Made by a program: the position numbers and the translations under genes. The notes beneath the pieces are model-generated. The model made no database searches and was not told the origin of the DNA. It worked only from the letters and a program-made list of their open reading frames with translations. Below, in pieces: positions 1-10,565 of a stretch of 64,000 nt of DNA. Source of the DNA: Dictyostelium discoideum (taxonomy: Eukaryota); contig CM000155.2 in the NCBI GenBank assembly GCA_000004695.1, forward strand, positions 3,008,001-3,072,000, written 5' to 3'. How positions within the stretch are numbered: position 1 is the stretch's first letter; each line of letters opens with the position of its first letter.

Positions 1-569
1 CTTTTTTATTGTATTCTTGTTTGTTCAAACATTCTTAACAAAGAGCGAGCGAATTGGTTTGTCATCCAGAGTTTCTGAGCGGTTTGTCTCTGGTCAATGG
101 AAACCTAGCTCTTTTCGTTCGCATTATATCAATCACTTGAAAACCACTTGAATTTCTATTGTTGAGCTGAAAGAAACCAATGTACAAATTTATTTATTTT
201 TTTTATTTCATCTTCGTTTAAACATTCTACATATTAGTTGTATGTTTTTTTAGATAGTGCATATTGGTTTTGGTCTTTATTGTCGAACCTAATCTTTTCC
301 ACAGTACCAAAGATGATTTTGTCGAGTTAATGATTTTGGTATTTTTCTAAATATACCTCTACCCGTGAAGAAGTAGCCTAGATATCTTACTGGGGTATCG
401 GATATGGGGATTTTTAAATTATCAATGTTTGGATTACAAATAATTTTTGGAAGTTTTCGTGTATGTATCTGGGTAGAATGTGTTGAAGTGATTAAGTACA
501 ATATCGATGAGAGATAGAATCAAAGGCTTTTTCCAAATCGTAAAATTTTGCTTTTTTAATACCTCTATA

Positions 570-583
570 GGAATCGAACACTC
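570..583 (-). promoter_or_regulatory. external B-box (ex-B box) downstream of tRNA-Asp
   Basis: GAGTGTTCGATTCC on the tRNA strand lies about 27-40 bp past the tRNA 3' end. It matches the GGTTCGANTCC B-box consensus. A duplicated downstream B-box is a known feature of Dictyostelium tRNA genes. Confidence 0.6.
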
Positions 584-609
584 GATCTATTTTTTGTTTT
601 TGGTAAAAG

Positions 610-681
610 CTCCCTGTCCGGGAATTGAACCCGGGCCTTTCGCGTGACAGGCGAAAATCCTCACCACTAGACCAACAAGGA
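610..681 (-). tRNA. tRNA-Asp (anticodon GUC)
   Basis: The reverse complement folds as a canonical 72-nt cloverleaf. The acceptor stem is TCCTTGT/ACAGGGA, the D arm is GGTCTAGTGGT, and the anticodon loop CCTGTCACG gives GTC. The T arm is GGGTTCAATTCCCGG, and the gene is followed by an oligo-T run. Confidence 0.9.
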
Positions 682-709
682 TATTATTTGAAATTTTTGT
701 TATAATGCC

Positions 710-727
710 AAAAATTATATGCTCTTA
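710..727. repeat. target-site duplication (left copy) of the TRE5-A insertion, AAAAATTATATGCTCTTA
   Basis: The same 18-mer occurs at 3721-3738, immediately after the element's 3' A-tail and C-module. Confidence 0.8.
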
Positions 728-1585
728 CAAAAAACAAACAACAACAACAATCTCTTTTTTTGATTATTTCATTTTTCATATAAAAAAGACTTAAAAAACA
801 AATAAATAAATAAATAAACTATTTTAAAAAGCCATCTTTTTACTTTATTGTAATTTATTATTTGTTTCGTTTTGAGAATTTTGCGTAGCAAAATTTTCAA
901 AAAAAAAGCAAAAAATAATCAGATCGAAAAAAACAAACAACAACAACAATCTCTTTTTTTGATTATTTCATTTTTCATATAAAAAAGACTTAAAAAACAA
1001 ATAAATAAATAAATAAACTATTTTAAAAAGCCATCTTTTTACTTTATTGTAATTTATTATTTGTTTCGTTTTGAGAATTTTGCGTAGCAAAATTTTCAAA
1101 AAAAAAGCAAAAAATAATCAGATCGAAAAAAACAAACAACAACAACAATCTCTTTTTTTGATTATTTCATTTTTCATATAAAAAAGACTTAAAAAACAAA
1201 TAAATAAATAAATAAACTATTTTAAAAAGCCATCTTTTTACTTTATTGTAATTTATTATTTGTTTCGTTTTGAGAATTTTGCGTAGCAAAATTTTCAAAA
1301 AAAAAGCAAAAAATAATCAGATCGAAAAAAACAAACAACAACAACAATCTCTTTTTTTGATTATTTCATTTTTCATATAAAAAAGACTTAAAAAACAAAT
1401 AAATAAATAAATAAACTATTTTAAAAAGCCATCTTTTTACTTTATTGTAATTTATTATTTGTTTCGTTTTGAGAATTTTGCGTAGCAAAATTTTCAAAAA
1501 AAAAGCAAAAAATAATCAGATCGAAAAAAACAAACAACAACAACAATCTCTTTTTTTGATTATTTCATTTTTCATATAAAAAAGA

Positions 1586-1630
<45 letters not shown>
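728..1630 (+). repeat. TRE5-A A-module tandem array followed by poly(A)
   Basis: There are four full copies of about 200 bp plus one partial copy, each beginning CAAACAACAACAACAATCTC. The array ends in a 40-nt poly(A) tract. Confidence 0.85.
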
Positions 1631-1636
<6 letters not shown>

Positions 1637-1711
1637 GGAACCAAGTTAATTAGAAAATTTCCAGATTTTTAACTTTTTAAAGAAAAATAAAAAAGATAGA
1701 AAGAAAATAAA

Positions 1712-3046
1712 ATGAAAATCACAAACAACACCACAAATATTAAGCAACACAAATGCCTACAAAAAATAAGCGAAATTGTGGATAAAACTCAATTAAAAAA
1801 AAAACAATTCAAATACGTCATAAACATCAATCACGAACCAGACGATAAAATAAAAAAAGATTTAGAAAAAAGTTTGGACAAAAAAGATGTTTTAATCAAA
1901 AGTAATAATACATTCAAAATTCTCACAGACAGTATTAGTACAGTAATCTATTTTGTAAATATGTTTGATGCAGAATTAAAAGGACAATTTATAACCACTA
2001 TAAGACCAAAAAATATGTATACAGATTTTGATTGGTATAAATCACTCACAGAAATAGAATGGGTAATAGAAAATGAAGGATGTAAACTAATTAAATCAGA
2101 AATTAAAGGCGAAACTCTAATTATCAAAACAGTGAAAAGAGTCGTAGAAGAATTTGACACTATCATTGAACTAGACAATCTAACATTAATTGGACACTCC
2201 AACAAAGGATGGAGAGATCAAACCTCATTACCAGAAAATCAAGAAGAAAACAAAAATAAAAAACAATCAGATGAACAACAACCACAATCTACATCAGAAC
2301 AAATACCAAAACAAGGAAAAAGAACAATCATTATCCCACCAATCACATCCTCATCTAATGATAAAACATTTATGGCCCTAGATGATACAGCTCAAAAGGT
2401 AATAGAAGCATCACTAGAAAACGTAGATGAACTAACAAGAATAGAGAATGAGATCAATACACAATCGATAAACAATCAAGAAATTAAAACAAAATCAGAA
2501 AAACCTATCGAACCACCATCTCCATACAATACACCAATAAAACAACACGGCGAAACAAAGGGACTAACAACGGAAGAAAAACTTAGAGAGGCAAATGATA
2601 TCTTCGACTTCACCAGCCCAAACACTGATGCAATAAGAAAAATAGAATTCCCACTTTCAATCCCTTCAAATCAATGGTTCTTCTCCTCTCCAATAAAACA
2701 TATCATGAGTTTCAGCCCAACCTATGGTACACCATCGAAAATTATCGATTCACCAAGTAAATTGTTAAACACACCAAAAAAGAAACAACAAGACAAAACA
2801 AACAAGACCAACAAAACACCAGTCAAACCAAAATTGGGTGAATATGGACAAAAAAGCATAAAAACAAAAATGGATGAAGATATAGACAACTTCAACAAGG
2901 AAATTCTAAAACAAATCAATAAATCAAAAAACCCCACAAACACACAAGACCAACAACACAATGAACAAAGTAAAGATCAGTTAGAAGACAAAATAAACCA
3001 GAAACTTCAAAAGGTAGATAAAAATCTACCCCAAATAAAACTATAA
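1712..3046 (+). CDS. TRE5-A ORF1 protein (444 aa)
   Basis: This is an intact ORF. A nearly identical copy (2 aa differences) lies at 58410-59744 on the minus strand. A truncated copy of its first 63 codons occurs at 3444-3636. Confidence 0.85.
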   Translation: MKITNNTTNIKQHKCLQKISEIVDKTQLKKKQFKYVININHEPDDKIKKDLEKSLDKKDVLIKSNNTFKILTDSISTVIYFVNMFDAELKGQFITTIRPKNMYTDFDWYKSLTEIEWVIENEGCKLIKSEIKGETLIIKTVKRVVEEFDTIIELDNLTLIGHSNKGWRDQTSLPENQEENKNKKQSDEQQPQSTSEQIPKQGKRTIIIPPITSSSNDKTFMALDDTAQKVIEASLENVDELTRIENEINTQSINNQEIKTKSEKPIEPPSPYNTPIKQHGETKGLTTEEKLREANDIFDFTSPNTDAIRKIEFPLSIPSNQWFFSSPIKHIMSFSPTYGTPSKIIDSPSKLLNTPKKKQQDKTNKTNKTPVKPKLGEYGQKSIKTKMDEDIDNFNKEILKQINKSKNPTNTQDQQHNEQSKDQLEDKINQKLQKVDKNLPQIKL

Positions 3047-3342
3047 AGAAAAACACAATAAGAATAGGTGTTTGGAACGTCCAAGGATCCAACACCATCC
3101 AATCTGCCAGCATAATAAACACCGTTTTAGACAACAACAAGCTGGACGCAGCACTTCTAACTGAAACAAATATAAAAACAAATAAAATTTACTCAATAAA
3201 TCAACAATATAAAAACAAAATAACACACCACGCACCAATTGATAAAACAGGACAAGGGGTGTCACAAATCATCATCAACACCCGCAATAGAACTTCCTAA
3301 ACATCTCAAAAAATACAATAATTCACTCAGTACTTTCTATAA

Positions 3343-3345
<3 letters not shown>
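3047..3345 (+). pseudogene. TRE5-A ORF2 5' remnant (endonuclease region, truncated)
   Basis: The segment follows ORF1 directly and reads RIGVWNVQGSNTIQSASIINTVLDNNKLDAALLTETNI before stopping. The rest of ORF2 (reverse transcriptase) is absent and replaced by a poly(A) tract. The identical segment is present in the second locus at about 58110-58409. Confidence 0.6.
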
Positions 3346-3403
<58 letters not shown>

Positions 3404-3643
3404 CAGTTAATCAGAAAAATAAAAAAGATAGAAAGAAAATAAAATGAAAATCACAAACAACACCACAAATATTAAGCAACACAAATGCCTACAAAAAATA
3501 AGCGAAATTGTGGATAAAACTCAATTAAAAAAAAAAACAATTCAAATACGTCATAAACATCAATCACGAACCAGACGATAAAATAAAAAAAGATTTAGAA
3601 AAAAGTTTGGACAAAAAAGATGTTTTAATCAAAAAGACCCTGT

Positions 3644-3720
3644 AAAAAAAAAAAAAAAATAAAATGAGATCTAGCATCTCAAGGAGAAGCAAATAATAAT
3701 TGCGTTATCCAATTCAAAAA
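3644..3720 (+). repeat. TRE5-A C-module (3' terminal module)
   Basis: The sequence is GACCCTGTAAAAAAA...GAGATCTAGCATCTCAAGGAGAAGCAAATAATAATTGCGTTATCCAATTC followed by an A-tail. The same module occurs in reverse complement at 57130-57190 and 57890-57950. Confidence 0.8.
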
Positions 3721-3738
3721 AAAAATTATATGCTCTTA
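3721..3738. repeat. target-site duplication (right copy)
   Basis: It is identical to the 18-mer at 710-727. Confidence 0.8.
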
Positions 3739-3989
3739 TAGATGGGTTGCTCATACAGATGGGATAAAGCAAAATCTCCTCGGACATGTATAACCTGACC
3801 AATAAGTATCGCAACTAAAATCTCCGAAATGAGGGATTACAATACTATCATCGCGCGGGGGTTTTATTTATTATATTAATATATTTGTGGAAATCCATTA
3901 AAATATATTTCATATTAAATGTTTTAATCTATTAATAAATCATTAATGTTCAAAATTGGGCTTATTCTTAAATTTAATGGTCAGCATTA

Positions 3990-5110
3990 AATTGGGAATT
4001 TACTATAGATAAAAACAATTCTTTTTAAATTAGAGGAACTCTATTCTAAATCAATAAGTTTAAAATAGAGAATTCACCATAATATATAAAAACAGATATA
4101 TTTTGGTGTTTAGACTAGAAATTACGATATCAGTTTATTTTTTAGGTTCTCCATCTTATTATCAAATCGGTAATATTTGGATCAAGTCCTTTAATCCTCC
4201 ACCCTTTTTAAATAAAAAAAATAAAAAGTAATACCATTTTCAATATATAATAAAGAGATTTAAATTCTTTTTTTTTTTTATTTTATAAAAGTAATAATAT
4301 TAAATCCTTTTTTTTTTTTTTATTTTATTTTTTATTTTTTTTTTAAACAATTCTTTAAATTTTAAACTTTAACAATTATAATAAAGAATAAAAAAATAAA
4401 AAAATTTTAATTCCAATAAATTATTATGGATCACCATTTTTATTATTAAAACTTTAATTTTTTTTTTTTTTTTTTTTTTTTTTATTCCTTTTTTCTTAAA
4501 AAGGTTAATTTTTTCTTTTGTAGATTCAATTTTTTTTTTTTTTCCACAAATATTATTACCATTTCTATAAAATTATATACCATAAATTATTAATTTGACA
4601 ACCTCTATATAACTATTGAGTTATATTTTTTATTTATTTTTTTTTTTTTATACAGGATTATTTATTTATTATAAATATATTTTCAGAGTTACTCTAAAAT
4701 ATTATTTATTTTAGATATTTATGAATTTTAGAAATTTTCATAAATGGACTTTTTCATCCTCCGATTTATTGTTTTACTTTAAATTGGAGGATTAATCTTC
4801 CAATTTAGTTTTAATTGAATTGGAGGATTACTCCTCTTTTTTAACCTTTGGTTAAATTAGAGGAGCATTCTTTTATTTTAACAAAGTTAAATTAGAGGAA
4901 TACCACTTTTTTTTACCTTAGGTTGGATTAAGAGGATTGTTACAATCCTTTTTTTTTCAAACTATTGGTTAAATTAGAGTGAAACCACTCAAAATATTCC
5001 CTAAGGTTTATTAAATATTCCCAAGGTTTATTTTGGGTTCCCTCAAAGAGGGATTTACCTTCAAATTAGATCCTAATTTTGGTAAAAAAAAAGTCCGATA
5101 ATCCTCCCTT
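3990..5110. repeat. array of degenerate ~30-45-bp hairpin units (GGTTAAATTAGAGGA-like), each followed by an oligo-T run
   Basis: At least 8 units are present, with starts near 4027, 4770, 4815, 4847, 4877, 4920, 4967 and 5062. Each contains a short inverted repeat such as AGGATTGTTACAATCCT, GGAGGATTACTCCTC, GAGTGAAACCACTC or CCCTCAAAGAGGG, followed by T4-T10. Confidence 0.5.
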
Positions 5111-5334
5111 TTATTAATAATTTTAAAAAAAAAAAAAAAAATAATAAATAATACATATTTAAATAAATAATAAAAGAAATATTTCATAAAATTAAATAAA
5201 AATATTTACACATAATAAAAAAAAAAAAAAACCGTTGTTCAAATAAGAACATAAAATTATTACATTTTTCTAATTGTTTTTTTTTTTTTTAAAAAGCTTT
5301 TTTTATTTTATAAAATATCTAAAAATGAGTCAAT

Positions 5335-6141
5335 TTAGAATGATTTTAAGAAACCTTTTTGTTGGGCTAATCTGTTGAGAGCAGCATCGGATTGACCATT
5401 GTTACGGAGGAAACCGCAGAAAGCAAAGATGGTTTGTTCACCATTGTAGATACCTTCAGCATTGACGTGACCAATGTTAATTTGGACGGAAGCGTGATCC
5501 TTGGCGGTGATTAAACGGTTGGTGGCAGAGCTAAATAATTTAAATTATAAAATAAAAAAATTAATAATTTATTCTCTTTTTAAACCAATTTTTTTATTTT
5601 TTATTATTTTTATTTGACATAGTAACGATGTGTAATAGTAAAAGTAGTAGTGATAGTTTAATTATTATCAATATTTTTGTGTTGTATTTTTAGTTGAATT
5701 GTTATGAAAAAAAAAAATAAAAAAAATAAAAGAATTTTGTTTGTTTTTTTTTTTTTTTTTTTTTTTTTCTTCTAAACAAATTCTATAAAAAATTATCTAT
5801 AACCTAATTTTATATTTTTGATCAAATTTAAATAATATTCTCTGTTTCTTGTTTTAAATTTTCTTATTTATCATAATTATTATTATTATTATTTTTTTTT
5901 TATTATTTTTTTTTTTTTCTGTCTCTTTTTTTTTTTTTTTTTATTTTATTTTTTTTTTTACGATTTTTTTTTTATTTTTTTTTTTTAATAATAATAATAA
6001 ACCCTGCTTTTGAATCCAATATAACTACCACCATCACTACCATTCTACTGTACTCTTCATTTACTTGTATTTAAATAAATAAATAAATAAAAATACATAC
6101 CACTTACGTGGGGTGTAGAGTTCAACGTTCTTGGAGTCCAT
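5335..6141 (-). CDS. rps21: 40S ribosomal protein S21 (2 exons: 6101-6141, 5335-5530; 78 aa)
   Basis: The spliced product is [14 protein letters not shown]|[64 protein letters not shown]. It matches eukaryotic RPS21 (..[24 protein letters not shown]..). The donor is GTATGT and the acceptor is TTATTTAG. GC-rich codon usage suggests a highly expressed gene. The intron (5531-6100, 570 bp) is unusually long. Confidence 0.85.
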
Positions 6142-6536
6142 TTTATATGATATTGTTATAACTATGAAAGCAAAAAGAGAAAAAGAAAAATCAACAAAAA
6201 AAAAAAAAAATTTCTGTGAGGGTCGAGAAATTTTTTTTTTTTTTTGCAAAAAAAAAAAAAAATTATAAAAAAATTAAAAAAAATTGTTTTTTTTTTATAA
6301 AAAAAAATAAAACCGAATTTCGAAAATTGATCAAAAATTTTGTGTGTGACCAATCATTATTTTTTTTTATTTCTTTTTTATTTTTTTATTTTTTTTTCAT
6401 TTTTTTTTTAATTATTTAATTTTCTAAATAAATAAATAATTAATAAATAAAAAATATATGAAAATAAATAAATAAAATAAATCATTGATAGATCATTCAA
6501 AAAAAAATGGGCGATATTTAAAAGTGGTCTCGTACC

Positions 6537-6584
<48 letters not shown>

Positions 6585-6704
6585 AAAATAAAATAAAATA
6601 AAATTTTCTAAAAATAAAAAAAAAAAAAAAAAAAAAATAATAAAACAAAAAATTTAAGATTTAATCATTTACAAAAATTTCTTTTTTTTTTTTTTATTAT
6701 TTTT

Positions 6705-7924
6705 TTATTGATTATATTTTTTATAAACACTCATAAATTTGGCAATAAAAGCTTCTAAATGAAATATTGGCTTTGAACCAATTTGTGATCTGTGTTCCTG
6801 TTTTTTTATTTTTTTTTATTTTTTTAATAAATAAATAAAAAGTTAATAATTAATTATATAATTTTTTTTTTTTTTTAAAAAATAATATTTACATAATAAG
6901 ATGCCCAATGAATTATTTCAAATTTCATATTATGATCTAGTTTTTTAAAGATTTCTAATAATAAAGTTTTAAAGATTAATTCTGGAGGAATACAATGACC
7001 TAATAATTCGTAGAGTTTACCACGTACTATTGAAAGTCTTGCAGGTGATTGTTCCTCAAAGCAATCCTTAACGATTTGAGAGATGTAATTTTCCCAATCC
7101 AACAATGGTAATTCCGTAGATTGGAAAGGATATTGTTTTGCTTTCTGAGATTCCAATAACATAAGAGCGTAACGTAAATTGCCACCAGACTGTTTAGCGA
7201 CGTTTACAGCCAATTTCGAGGGCAAATCAAATTTTTCAGCGGTTGCCACTTTGGCAAGCACCTTTTCAATCTCCTCTTGCGAAGGTGCAGGCACCCTGAT
7301 ACCCAAACATCTCGACTTGATAGGGTCAATAACTTTGGCAGTCGAGTCGCAACATAAGATCAAACGACAGAATGTTGCATATTTCTCCATAGTTCTTCTG
7401 AGTGCATGTTGGGCGTCTTTCGATAGTTTGTCAACTTCATTTAAAATCACAATTTTAAAAGCGCCCAATGAGCCACTATCGATTGGTGGTGATTGTGCAA
7501 TCTCTTTAATAATGGTTTGAATTACAACACGATCATATGATCCTGCCTCACCTGGATTAATCTCTATATGATAATGACTACTAATCGTTGTAATCTGTAT
7601 ATTCTTACTACTTGTTGGATGTTTAAATGTTCTATGATCAATCTTTAATTTCAATGCATTTGGTCCATATATCTCTTGTAATACCGCTAAAATCCTTGTT
7701 TTTTTACCTGCTCCACTTGGACCATAAACTAATAAATGTGGAAAATCACCACTTTTAATCTGTAAATAAATAAAAATAAATAAATAAATAAATATATATA
7801 TATTTTTCGTTTTTTTTTTATTATTATTATTATTATTTACCATATTCTTTAAATTTATTGATATATCATTATGATAATCCATCTTATCTAATGATGTTGG
7901 TTTATATTTATCAATCCATAACAT
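6705..7924 (-). CDS. rfc3: replication factor C small subunit, RFC3-type (3 exons: 7841-7924, 6893-7759, 6705-6797; ~347 aa)
   Basis: The protein starts MLWIDKYKPTSLDKMDYHNDISINLKNM. After an 81-nt intron it continues IKSGDFPHLLVYGPSGAGKKTRIL, with ..DKLSKDAQHALRRTMEKY..CRLILCC..SRC.. further on. It is collinear with human RFC3 through the C-terminus (EHRSQIGSKPIFHLEAFIAKFMSVYKKYNQ). Recovering that C-terminus requires splicing out 6798-6892. The raw ORF reads through both introns. Confidence 0.85.
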
Positions 7925-7998
7925 TTTTATTTATTATATATATTTGTTTTTATTTTATTTATATATTATGTGTGTTTATGTAAAAATTAAAATGAAAA

Positions 7999-8029
<31 letters not shown>

Positions 8030-8351
8030 ATTTGAATTTAAGAAATTGGCGGGAGTTTCGAAATTTATCTTTTTTTTATTTTTTTATTTTTTTTTTTTTT
8101 TTTTTTTTTTTATTTTTCTTTTCTTTTTATTGATTCCATTATTTAAAGATTTAACTAATTATTTATTTTGATTTTATTTTATTTGTTTTTAGATTATTCT
8201 TTTCGGATCTAAAAAAATAAAAAAAGGTAAATATTCAATAAAAACTAAATTTTCCCAGAAATTTGAAAAAAAAAAACAATTTTCATTTTTTCAAAATTTT
8301 TTTTTTTTTTCTTTTATTGCTTTTTTTTAATTTTATTTTTTAAAATAAAAA

Positions 8352-8384
<33 letters not shown>

Positions 8385-8430
8385 TTCTAACATTCTTTAA
8401 AAATAATAAATAAATTAATAAATAAATAAA

Positions 8431-10565
8431 ATGGAAGAAGAAGAAATAATTGAACCAAAAGATTTTGAAAATGAAGAATCAGAAAATATCCAAATGGATG
8501 AAAATGAAAAACAGATACCAATTCAAACTACAAATGATCCACAAAAGTAATTTATTTAATTTTAATTTTAATTTTAATTTTAATACTAATATCTTAATTT
8601 TTTATATATAGTAAAAATATAATGAGAATTTTAGTTGCAACAGATAATCATTTAGGATATTTAGAAAGAGATCCAATTAGAGGTGATGATTCATTTAATT
8701 CATTTGAGGAGATATTAAAATATGCACATACATTAAAAGTTGATATGGTATTATTGGGTGGTGATTTATTTCATGATAATAAACCATCAAGATCATGTTT
8801 ATATCGTACAATGGAATTATTTAGAAAGTATTGTTTAGGTGATTCACCAGTTAGAATTCAATTTCTATCGGATCAATCTGTTAATTTTTCAAATCAATTT
8901 CATACAGTGAATTATGAAGATCCAAATTTTAATATTTCATTACCAATATTTTCAATCCACGGTAATCACGATGATCCAACTGGTGAGGGTGGTTTGGCAG
9001 CTTTAGATTTATTATCAGTTTCGAATCTAGTCAATTATTTCGGTAAAACTGAAGATATTGATGATATTACAGTCTACCCATTACTACTTGGTAAAGGTGA
9101 GACAAAAATAGCGATCTACGGGTTAGGTAATATTAGAGATGAGCGTTTGCATAGAACTTTTCAAAAGCAATCAGTGAAATTAATGAGACCGGTGGAATCA
9201 AAAGATGAATGGTTCAATATTTTAGTACTTCATCAAAATAGGGTAGCCCACAATCCAAAGAATTATGTTCACGAGAAGATGATAGAAAGTTTCATAGATT
9301 TCGTTCTATGGGGACACGAACATGAATGTTTAGTCAATCCACAGGCATCGTCAGTGGGAGAATTCCATATTTCACAACCTGGTTCTTCAGTAGCTACAGC
9401 TTTATCAGAGGGTGAATCAAAGGATAAATTTGTAGGATTGTTGGAGGTTTATAAAAATCAATTCCGTTTTAAACCATTCCCATTGAACACGGTTAGACCA
9501 TTCATTATGGATCAAATCATACTTGCAAATAGTAACATACATCCAACACAACAGAATGATGTAATTCAATGGATTGAGCAAAAAGTAGAATCAATGATTG
9601 AACAAGCCAAATTAAAATCTCAAGGTAAACCCAACGAATCAATGTTACCATTGATAAGATTAAAAGTTGATTATACTGGTTATAGTACTATCAATCCTCA
9701 AAAGTTTGGTCAAAGATTTCAAGGCCGTGTAGCAAATCCAAATGATGTTTTATTATTCCACAGAAAGAAACCAACCACTTTATCAAGTAAAAAACAAAAG
9801 GATGGTGGTGAATTGGATGTGAATTCAATCAAAGAAAAAGAAGAAGATAAAGTGAAAGTGGCCGATTTCATAAGTGAATTCTTGGGTAATACACCAAATG
9901 ATCGTTTACAAATTCTATCAGAGAATGATCTATTCAATAGTTTACATTCATTCGTTGAAAAGGATGAAACCGATTCAATATTGAAAATGGTTGATCTCTC
10001 TTTAAAATCGACTCAAAAATATTTAAATTCAAAAATCTCTTCAAAAGATGCTTACCCAGATTTCATTGCTAAATATATTGATGATAATTTCCCATTACCA
10101 CATCAAAATGTATCTTCGGTCAATTCAGATTTATTACCAATAAATAATCCAAATGAATTTGAATCAAATTTATTAGATGAAGATTCTCATGGTCATGAAC
10201 ATGGTCATAGTCATAATCATAGTCAAATGATTGATAATGATGATGATGAAAACATTTTAAATCAAAGAACAATTTTTAAATCACCACAATCAAATAAAAC
10301 AGCACCAACAACAACTACTACCACCACTACTACTACATCTTCACAAATTTCAACAAGAAGAAAATCTTCAACTCAATCTTCAACTCAATCTTCACAAACT
10401 TCAATTATAATAGATGATGATGATGATGATGATGAAATTAATGAAGATAATGATGATAATGATAAAGATTTTGAAAGTGATGAAGAGAAAACTCCACCAT
10501 CAAAGAAAAGAGGTAAAGTTAAACAAGTTGGTTCAGTTTCAAAAAGATCAAGATCAAAGAAATAA
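8431..10565 (+). CDS. mre11: double-strand-break repair nuclease Mre11 (main exon 8612-10565; putative 5' exon 8431-8546)
   Basis: The main exon starts MRILVATDNHLGYLERDPIRGDD..LLGGDLFHDNKPSR..SIHGNHDDPTG..GHEHE. These are the Mre11 phosphoesterase motifs I-V. An upstream in-frame ORF (MEEEEIIEPKDFENEESENIQMDENEKQIPIQTTNDPQ) ends at a GTAATT donor. It joins in frame to a TATATATAG acceptor 10 nt before the annotated ATG. The protein has an acidic/Ser-rich C-terminal tail. Confidence 0.85.

Larger units (their letters stand above)
728..3720 (+). mobile_element. TRE5-A (DRE) tRNA-targeted non-LTR retrotransposon, TRE5-A.2-like with an internal deletion
   Basis: Its 5' end lies 46 bp upstream of tRNA-Asp, head-to-head with the tRNA. 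It carries about 4.3 tandem 200-bp A-module repeats, a B-module, an intact ORF1 (444 aa), only about 300 bp of ORF2, an internal poly(A), a duplicated B/ORF1 5' fragment, a C-module and an A-tail. It is flanked by an 18-bp target-site duplication. The same architecture recurs at 57878-60537. Confidence 0.85.

Noticed and set aside
289-501. 70-aa minus-strand ORF downstream of tRNA-Asp
   Set aside because: It has no homology or coding bias. The region 1-540 may instead be the edge of another repeat (a TRE3-type element would be expected downstream of a tRNA), but I cannot confirm that from the sequence alone.
728-1590. Regular ~200-bp direct repeats with unique-looking junctions, superficially like a CRISPR array
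   Set aside because: The units are 200 bp with no spacers and are identical to TRE5-A A-modules. The same array occurs inverted at 59868-60537. The context is eukaryotic, so this is not a CRISPR array.
6061-6419. ORF-track entries of poly-F/poly-K peptides (6061-6249, 6162-6353, 6216-6419)
   Set aside because: They are translations of poly(dA)/poly(dT) spacer DNA. Only the 6101-6141 piece, which is rps21 exon 1, is real.
6875-6892. C-terminal residues VNIIF of the raw rfc3 ORF
   Set aside because: This is intron read-through. Splicing at GTAAAT (6892) to CAG (6798) restores a C-terminus collinear with human RFC3.
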